Source: Capsulimonadaceae bacterium
GTDB lineage: Bacteria; Armatimonadota; Armatimonadia; Armatimonadales; Capsulimonadaceae
DNA length: 64,000 nt
Direction of reading: 5' to 3'
NCBI GenBank assembly: GCA_965215505.1
Contig: OZ244065.1
Location: forward strand, 672,001 to 736,000
The position numbers and the translations under genes were made by a program. Positions 58,519-64,000 of this stretch are shown here, piece after piece (within the stretch, counting starts at the first letter, position 1; each line of letters opens with the position of its first letter). The notes under the pieces were generated by a model that saw only the letters and a list, made by a program, of their open reading frames with translations, ran no database searches and was not told the DNA's origin.

Positions 58519-58785
58519 CTACTTTTTTTGCAGGATCTCCTTGATGATGTCGACCTCCAGGTCGCGCTCGGCGAGCAGGCGCTTGAGGCGGGCGTTCTCT
58601 TTTTCCAGCTCGCGCAGGCGGGCGGCTTCATTGACGGTCGCACTGCCGAAGCGCGAGCGCCAGCGGTAGAAGCTGTTCTCGGAGACGTTGTGCTGGCGGC
58701 AGACTTCGGCGATAGTCTGTTCGCCCTTCTCGGCCTGCTGCAAGATGGCGACGATCTGCGCGTCGGTGAACTGGCTCTTCTGCAT
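58519..58785 (-). CDS. IS3 transposase OrfA (HTH)
   Basis: FTDAQIVAIL..VCRQHNVSENSFYRWR..LEKENARLKRLLAE; ends in an A7G slippery site. Confidence 0.95.
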   Translation of the reverse strand: MQKSQFTDAQIVAILQQAEKGEQTIAEVCRQHNVSENSFYRWRSRFGSATVNEAARLRELEKENARLKRLLAERDLEVDIIKEILQKK

Positions 58786-58962
58786 TCGAGTATTCTACCT
58801 TTCGGGTCAATACTCACCTTGCGAATGGTACAGTTTTTGGGGGAAAGGTCAGAACCTCTCCGTCGTAGATTTGTAGATGGCTCAGATGCGGGGTGGCACG
58901 AACCCTGTTGATTGTGAACATAATCTACCTCATACACCTGGTACATAATGCCGTTCCTCATG

Positions 58963-59607
58963 TCACGCAACACGGTGGAATGGCCCATACAAAAAGAAGT
59001 CTACATAAACTTGCACGCCAAAAGCAGAACCGCCACTGATAGAGCCAGTAGTAGCAACACCCTCAGAAAACCAATTTGGCAGTATGTTGGCGGCATTCTC
59101 ACGCAATGCGTCGCTGGTTGATATTGTGTATGCCTTATTTAACGCATCAATATACTTCACGACGTTGCTAAACTTCATGTCTACTACTCTACTGGGGTGT
59201 GTCACTAGCAACAGGGCGAAAACCTGCGTCTGCTCGTTTGCTACACCCCGCGCCTTCTGAATGTCGGCAACCACCGCCCTCTGATAGCCTGCCTTTGTCG
59301 CATCAAAGGTGTACATGGATTTAAGTTCAACGATAGCGGCGGGCGAATCATTCTCCAGTATAGCTATGTCTGAGTGCCGCCACTCACGGGCGACGAGAAG
59401 CCCTTTCCGAGTCAACTGACGATACAACTGGAATGCAATCGCGTCACGAATGACGAACTCAGGTTTCGACGTAAGAGCAAGGTAAGCAAGCTCGTCCGGC
59501 TCGAAATTGGTGGCTAGTCCGTTCAGGATGTTTAGCAGGAGAGGCTGGTATTCCAAAGTATTCCTTTCAGCCCGCTCGCCGCGCGAGGTCTTTATAAACT
59601 TCGTCAT
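58963..59607 (-). CDS. hypothetical protein, putative PD-(D/E)XK nuclease fold
   Basis: KPEFVIRD..VAREWRHSDIAIL..AAIVELKS pattern; AT-richer DNA; exact start uncertain. Confidence 0.55.
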   Translation of the reverse strand: MTKFIKTSRGERAERNTLEYQPLLLNILNGLATNFEPDELAYLALTSKPEFVIRDAIAFQLYRQLTRKGLLVAREWRHSDIAILENDSPAAIVELKSMYTFDATKAGYQRAVVADIQKARGVANEQTQVFALLLVTHPSRVVDMKFSNVVKYIDALNKAYTISTSDALRENAANILPNWFSEGVATTGSISGGSAFGVQVYVDFFLYGPFHRVA

Positions 59608-59836
59608 CGTTTCGCTTTCCGACGACCACGATACGGACGATGCTGTCTACTACCGTGTAGCAGACACGGAACTCCCCAGAGTCGATGCGGCGGTAGCCCG
59701 CATAGCCGGAAAGATGCTTGGCATCATTGGGGTATGGGTCACGAAGTAAGTCATGGATTTTCGACGCCACTTGCTTGAACTGTTTGGGCTGCAAACCTTG
59801 CAGGAAGCTGTGTGCATCTTTGGAAAGGTCGAGCAT
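59567..59836 (-). CDS. RelE/ParE family toxin
   Basis: LQPKQFKQV..I..L..DP.P.D.K.L.GY..YRRIDSGEFRVCY..VGKRNDDEVYK. Confidence 0.9.
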   Translation of the reverse strand: MLDLSKDAHSFLQGLQPKQFKQVASKIHDLLRDPYPNDAKHLSGYAGYRRIDSGEFRVCYTVVDSIVRIVVVGKRNDDEVYKDLARRAG

Positions 59837-60384
59837 TACAGGTCAACTCCCATCTGCGCGAAGAAAGCACGGGTTTCGTCTACACCGATGAATCCTTTTC
59901 GTTCCGCCTGTTCAATGTAGTCATCCGCAATTTCATTGCCGAAGGCGATGGACAGGTATTTGAATGTGCCTTCTTCCATCTCTTCCAGAATCGCGTAGGC
60001 TTCATGTAGCACAGCGGAGCATAGTTCGCCTTGATCTTCAAGCCCTTCGGATTTGGCTTGGTAACGCAGGGCTGCATTGGCCAGGCGACCGAAAAGCTCG
60101 ATCTTGGAGTTGCCACCATAGAGAGGGAGGAATATGTCTCGCAACTGGAAGAAGAGCCAGCTAAGTTGCGCCGCATGAGGCGTGACAACAAATCGGGGAG
60201 CGGGGTAGAAGGCGTCCGGCTCAATCTCAGGCTGCTCGGAGGTTATTACAACGTCCGCGCCCACCCACTCCTCCGGCTTGGCGTCTGGTACATCCTGCTC
60301 CACAATGACAGGGATAGGCTCGTCACGCAGACGCGCGGAGAGGGTGTTCAATGCTTCTCTAGCGGTAGTGAATTCTGTGTCCAT
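59836..60384 (-). CDS. hypothetical acidic protein, candidate antitoxin
   Basis: TAATG coupling to the RelE gene; SD AAGGAG; acidic; C-terminus EQAERKGFIGVDETRAFF. Confidence 0.6.
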   Translation of the reverse strand: MDTEFTTAREALNTLSARLRDEPIPVIVEQDVPDAKPEEWVGADVVITSEQPEIEPDAFYPAPRFVVTPHAAQLSWLFFQLRDIFLPLYGGNSKIELFGRLANAALRYQAKSEGLEDQGELCSAVLHEAYAILEEMEEGTFKYLSIAFGNEIADDYIEQAERKGFIGVDETRAFFAQMGVDL

Positions 60385-60403
60385 TGATGACTCCTTTGTT
60401 GAG

Positions 60404-61138
60404 CTACTGCGACTCGAATTCAGCGTTGATGGCGGCGTAGTCTTCGGGCGTACCCACGTCGCGCCACTTGCCTTCCAGGGCGATGCCTTTGGTGGGGTGG
60501 TCGTCGTTAATCATTGCGGTGATGGCGTCGGGCAATTCGTACTCGCCGCGCGCGGAGGGGACGATCCTGGAGGTGTAGTCGAAGATGAGCGGATCGAAGA
60601 TGAACAGGCCGGCGTTGTTCCAGTGGGTCGCCGCCGTGCCTTTGGCGGGCTTCTCCTGGATGCGCTGGATGATGTTGTTCTCGTCGAGGTAGACGGCGGC
60701 CCCGGCCCAGGGGTCCTCCACCCAGTTCAGGCCGACGTAGGCTTTGATCTCGCGGGTGCCCGTCTCGACGTAGGCGTCCCCGAAGCGGCCGTAGTTGACG
60801 GGGTCCAGCATGATGTCGCCATAGGTCATCAGGAACGGGGCGGCGGACAGGGCGGCGCGGGCGGTGTTGACGGCGTCCCCCACCCCGCGCGGGACCTCCT
60901 GGGGGACGTACTCGATCTGCCAGCCCCATTCGGAGCCGTCACCTAAATAATCCTGCAAGACCTCGGCCTTGTAGCCGGTGATCAGGACGAACTCGCGGAT
61001 GGGCGTCGTGGCGGCGATGCCCTCCATGATGCGCTCGATCATGGGGACGCCGCCGATGGGGATCATGGGCTTGGGCTGGTCGGCGGTCAAAGCGCCGAGG
61101 CGGGTGCCGCGTCCGGCGGCGAGGAGGAGGGCTTTCAT
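60404..61138 (-). CDS. sugar-phosphate nucleotidyltransferase
   Basis: MKALLLAAGRGTRL..PKPM, YGD, EKP, SARGEYELPDAI, WRDVGT; SD GGAG before ATG 61138. Confidence 0.92.
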   Translation of the reverse strand: MKALLLAAGRGTRLGALTADQPKPMIPIGGVPMIERIMEGIAATTPIREFVLITGYKAEVLQDYLGDGSEWGWQIEYVPQEVPRGVGDAVNTARAALSAAPFLMTYGDIMLDPVNYGRFGDAYVETGTREIKAYVGLNWVEDPWAGAAVYLDENNIIQRIQEKPAKGTAATHWNNAGLFIFDPLIFDYTSRIVPSARGEYELPDAITAMINDDHPTKGIALEGKWRDVGTPEDYAAINAEFESQ

Positions 61139-61153
61139 CGTGTATCTCCAGGC

Positions 61154-61331
61154 AAGGCCAACGTCTTCAAGAAGGCCAACGTCTTCAAGAAGGCCAACGT
61201 CTTCAAGAAGGCCAACGTCTTCAAGAAGGCCAACGTCTTCAAGAAGGCGAACGTCTTCAAGAAGGGCGAACACAAGGTTCGCTCCTACGGGGTAATCGGC
61301 GTCGGCGTAGGGGTGAACCTTGTGTTCACCC
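61154..61331. repeat. 6 x 18-bp tandem array abutting a GTAG-REP doublet
   Basis: AAGGC(C/G)AACGTCTTCAAG x6 (61154-61261); REP AAGGGCGAACACAAGGTTCGCTCCTAC (61262-61288); 18-bp spacer; inverted REP GTAGGGGTGAACCTTGTGTTCACCC (61307-61331). Confidence 0.92.
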
Positions 61332-61369
61332 CCCAGCGGTTTCTGTTCCAGTGATCCCTACTCCGGCGT

Positions 61370-62170
61370 TTACTCCATGCGGGCATATTTGAGCGAGTCG
61401 GCGCAGGCGCAGGCGCGGCCTTCCGGCATCCCGGCCAGCATCGTTTTGAGGACCTTTTTGACGTTGGCCGTGTTCTGCGCCAGGACCTCCAAGACGCTGT
61501 GCGCCTCGACGGCGGCGACATCGGCGACCAAGCCGGCGTCGTAGTCGGTGACGAGGGACAGGGTGACGTAGCACAGGGACAGCTCGCGGGCCAGGATGAC
61601 CTCGGGGTACTGCGTCATGGTCACAGTCTGCCAGCCCATCTGCGTAAACCAGCGGCTCTCGGCTTTAGACGAGAAGCGTGGGCCTTGGATGACGACGCTG
61701 GTCCCCGCCTCGTGGACGGTGACGCCGTTCTGCCGGGCCGACTCGATGGCGAGGGCGCGGAGCTGCGGGCAGTAGGCGTCGGCGGAGGAGACGTGGGTGA
61801 CGACAGGGCCGTCATAGAAGGTGTCCGCCCGCCCGGTCGTTCGGTCCACGAACTGGTCATTGATAACAAAGTCCCCCGGCGCGATGTGCGCCTGAAGCGA
61901 CCCGACCGCGCTTGGGGCGAGAACGCGGGTCACGCCCAGGCTCTTGAGCGCCCACAGATTGGCGCGATACGGGACCTTGTGGGGCGGCAGCGAGTGGGAC
62001 CTGCCGTGCCGGGGCAGGAAGGCGACCCGGCGGCCCGCGATGGTCATCAAGGCGACCCTGTCGCTCGGCGGGCCGTAGGGGGTTTCGACTTTGATCTCTT
62101 CAATGTCGCCCTCGGCGAACTCATAAAAGCCGCTGCCGCCGAAGATGCCGATTTCCGCCGTGTGCTGCAT
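61370..62170 (-). CDS. mtnP: S-methyl-5'-thioadenosine phosphorylase
   Basis: GIFGGSGFY, TPYGPPS, FLPRHG, AVGSL, GPRFSSKAES, MTQYPE, VTDYD. Confidence 0.93.
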   Translation of the reverse strand: MQHTAEIGIFGGSGFYEFAEGDIEEIKVETPYGPPSDRVALMTIAGRRVAFLPRHGRSHSLPPHKVPYRANLWALKSLGVTRVLAPSAVGSLQAHIAPGDFVINDQFVDRTTGRADTFYDGPVVTHVSSADAYCPQLRALAIESARQNGVTVHEAGTSVVIQGPRFSSKAESRWFTQMGWQTVTMTQYPEVILARELSLCYVTLSLVTDYDAGLVADVAAVEAHSVLEVLAQNTANVKKVLKTMLAGMPEGRACACADSLKYARME

Positions 62171-62343
62171 AGGATATTTTCAGAACCCATCCCGGCGCGA
62201 GCGCCGACCCTCCCGAAACAGGAAGGTGGACTGGGAAGGTGGTTGTTTGGTTCGCCGTGATAAACGGGAAGCCACCCTGCTAAAAAGGGCATGGTCAAAA
62301 AGCCCCATGCAAGAAGGTAAAACCCCAACGTATATCCACTCGC

Positions 62344-63066
62344 TTACCCACCCGTTCCGGGAGGGTCGGCGCTTACGCCGGGGTGGGTTCCCAAAGCCGC
62401 TTCTGCCGCTGCCTGCTGGGCCTCTTTTTTGGTCTTGCCGCTGCCGGTCCCGGCGATCGCGCCGTCGAGCAGGACGGCAATCGTGAAGATTTTATCGTGC
62501 GGTTTGCCGCGCTCCGAGGTCACCTGATACACGGGAGACGAGAGATGGTCGGCCTGGCGCAGCTCTTGCAGCACGGTCTTCGGGTCGCGCCAGTCGCGGC
62601 TGCGGCTGACCGAGGCGATCTCCGGCGCGAGTATGCCTAGCAGGAACTCGCGGGCGGCCTCGTAGCCGCTCTCCTGGTAGATGACGGCAACCAGGGCTTC
62701 GACGGCGTCGGCGATGATGCTGTCGCGGTTACGTCCGCCCATCGCCTCCTCGGTCCGGCCCAGGCGGATGAGCGGGGCCAGGTCCATGCGCCGGGCGGCG
62801 GCGGCGAGCGCGTCTTTGCAGACGATCAGGGCCTTGGCCTGGGCCAGTTCACCCTCGCCGCGCTGTGGGAACTGCGCGTACAGATACTCAACGATGACCA
62901 GGCCCAGCACCGAATCGCCCAGGAACTCCAAACGCTCGTTGCTCTCCAGCGGCCGGTCGGGGACCAGGGACTTGTGGGTCAAGGCCTGACGGAGCGCGGC
63001 CATGTCCCGGATGGGCAGGCCGCGCCTGAGGGCTTCGGTCCGCAGGTCCCCGCCGCCTTCGGTCAT
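62344..63066 (-). CDS. rnc: ribonuclease III
   Basis: NERLEFLGDSVL, ADAVEA, DPKTVLQE, G.GKTKKEAQQAAA dsRBD. Confidence 0.96.
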   Translation of the reverse strand: MTEGGGDLRTEALRRGLPIRDMAALRQALTHKSLVPDRPLESNERLEFLGDSVLGLVIVEYLYAQFPQRGEGELAQAKALIVCKDALAAAARRMDLAPLIRLGRTEEAMGGRNRDSIIADAVEALVAVIYQESGYEAAREFLLGILAPEIASVSRSRDWRDPKTVLQELRQADHLSSPVYQVTSERGKPHDKIFTIAVLLDGAIAGTGSGKTKKEAQQAAAEAALGTHPGVSADPPGTGG

Positions 63067-64000
63067 CGCAGCGCCTGGAGGGCCTGGCTGATCCGCGCGA
63101 CGCCGCGCTGGATGTTCTCCATCGAGGTGGCATAAGACAGCCGGATGTTGCCGTCCGCGCCGAAGCCGGAGCCGGGGATGACGGCTACCTCATACGCCTC
63201 CAGCAGGTACGCGGCCAGGTCGTCCGAGCTGCCGATGGTGCGCGGCGTGTCGCCTTCGGGTTTCCAGCTCTTGCCGTAGAAGGCGGAGACGTTCGGGAAG
63301 ACGTAGAACGCCCCGCCGGGGTTGAGGCACTGGACGCCGGGGATGTCCTTCAAGGCGGACACGATGTAGTCCCGCCGCTGCTGGAAAGCCTTCCGCATCG
63401 TCTCGACCGAGTCCTGTGGCCCGTTCAGGGCTTCGACGCCCGCCGCCTGCGTGATGGAGGTCGGGTTGGACGTACTCTGGTCCTGGATTTTGGACATGGC
63501 TGCCACGATGTCCAGGTCGGCGGCGGCATAGCCGAGCCGCCAGCCGGTCATGGCGTGGGCCTTGGAGAAGCCGTTGATCGTGATGGTCATGGCCTTGACC
63601 GCCTCGCCGAATGAGGCAGGAGACACGAACTCATTGCCCGTATAGAGTATCTTCTCGTAGATCTCGTCGGACATCAGATAGAGGCCGCGCCCGACGCACA
63701 GGTCGGCGATGTCCCGCAGCGCCGAGGGCGTGTAGACCGCCCCGGTCGGGTTGGAGGGCGAGTTGATGACAAGCAGCTTTGTCCTATCAGTGACGTAGCC
63801 TTCGATCTGCGCGGCGGTCGCGAGGAAGCCAATGCTCTCGTCCGTCGGCACGATGACGGGAGTGCCGTCCGCCAGCTTCACCTGTTCGGGGTAGGACACC
63901 CAGTAGGGCGCGGGGATGATGACCTCGTCGCCCGGATCGAGCAGGGCCTGCATCAGATTATAAATGGAGTGCTTGGCCCCGCACGAGACGATGATCTCGT
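63063..64000 (-). CDS. class I PLP-dependent (aspartate) aminotransferase; 5' end outside window
   Basis: CGAKHS, PYWVSY, NSPSNPTG, SDEIY, SKAHAMTGWRLG, IRLSYA. Confidence 0.93.
   Translation of the reverse strand, partial: EIIVSCGAKHSIYNLMQALLDPGDEVIIPAPYWVSYPEQVKLADGTPVIVPTDESIGFLATAAQIEGYVTDRTKLLVINSPSNPTGAVYTPSALRDIADLCVGRGLYLMSDEIYEKILYTGNEFVSPASFGEAVKAMTITINGFSKAHAMTGWRLGYAAADLDIVAAMSKIQDQSTSNPTSITQAAGVEALNGPQDSVETMRKAFQQRRDYIVSALKDIPGVQCLNPGGAFYVFPNVSAFYGKSWKPEGDTPRTIGSSDDLAAYLLEAYEVAVIPGSGFGADGNIRLSYATSMENIQRGVARISQALQALR

Larger units (their letters stand above)
57611..58851 (-). mobile_element. complete IS3-family insertion sequence (IS407-like), 1241 bp
   Basis: IRs TGACGTTTCCCCCGTTTTATGTACCA / TGACCTTTCCCCCAAAAACTGTACCA; 4-bp direct repeat GAAC at 57607-57610 and 58852-58855. 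Confidence 0.95.
57374..58921 (-). pseudogene. 100-aa hypothetical gene split by the IS3 element
   Basis: Removing the IS plus one GAAC copy joins 58921-58852 to 57606-57374 in frame (303 nt): MFTINRVRATPHLSHLQIYDGEV|HIGDYERSGDDVY..MWRRR*; SD GAGGT upstream. Confidence 0.85.

Noticed and set aside
58383-58988. 201-aa ORF, and the 87-aa ORF at 57374-57637
   Set aside because: Chimeras of flank and IS sequence.
61154-61261. CRISPR array
   Set aside because: Units are contiguous with no unique spacers and there are no cas genes; the same applies to 11649-11711.
61139-61273. N-terminal (LLEDVG)n extension of the nucleotidyltransferase
   Set aside because: It is the tandem array read in frame; a good SD and a family-typical start exist at 61138.
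62171-62343. SAM/SAH-type riboswitch upstream of mtnP
   Set aside because: No aptamer consensus recognised; the region shares a 15-mer with the family C element at 38226 and looks like a decayed copy. An Rfam scan would settle it.

Overview
GC-rich, gene-dense bacterial chromosomal window. The gene content and style suggest a Terrabacteria diderm such as Armatimonadota, but this is inference only. Housekeeping genes are leuC/leuD, sbcD, kdsB-waaA, alr, a FemABX-family gene, miaA-hfq-dapF, galK-like, mtnP, rnc and an aspartate aminotransferase. Carbohydrate loci are GH5 with a sugar ABC transporter, and GH51. Two HD-GYP signalling genes each lie downstream of a sigma28-type promoter. One complete IS3-family element (57611-58851, 4-bp GAAC target duplication) splits a 100-codon gene. 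There are two lower-GC nuclease/toxin-rich inserts: a RusA + HEPN-like + Uma2 cassette between leuC and leuD, and a long-antitoxin + RelE + PD-(D/E)XK-like island. Several families of REP/REPIN-like palindromic elements occur throughout. Two GTAG-REPs are directly abutted by short tandem arrays built from the REP's own arm. Others are translated in frame inside proteins or supply stop codons. No rRNA, tRNA or CRISPR array was recognised. All calls come from reading the sequence by eye; no database search was run.
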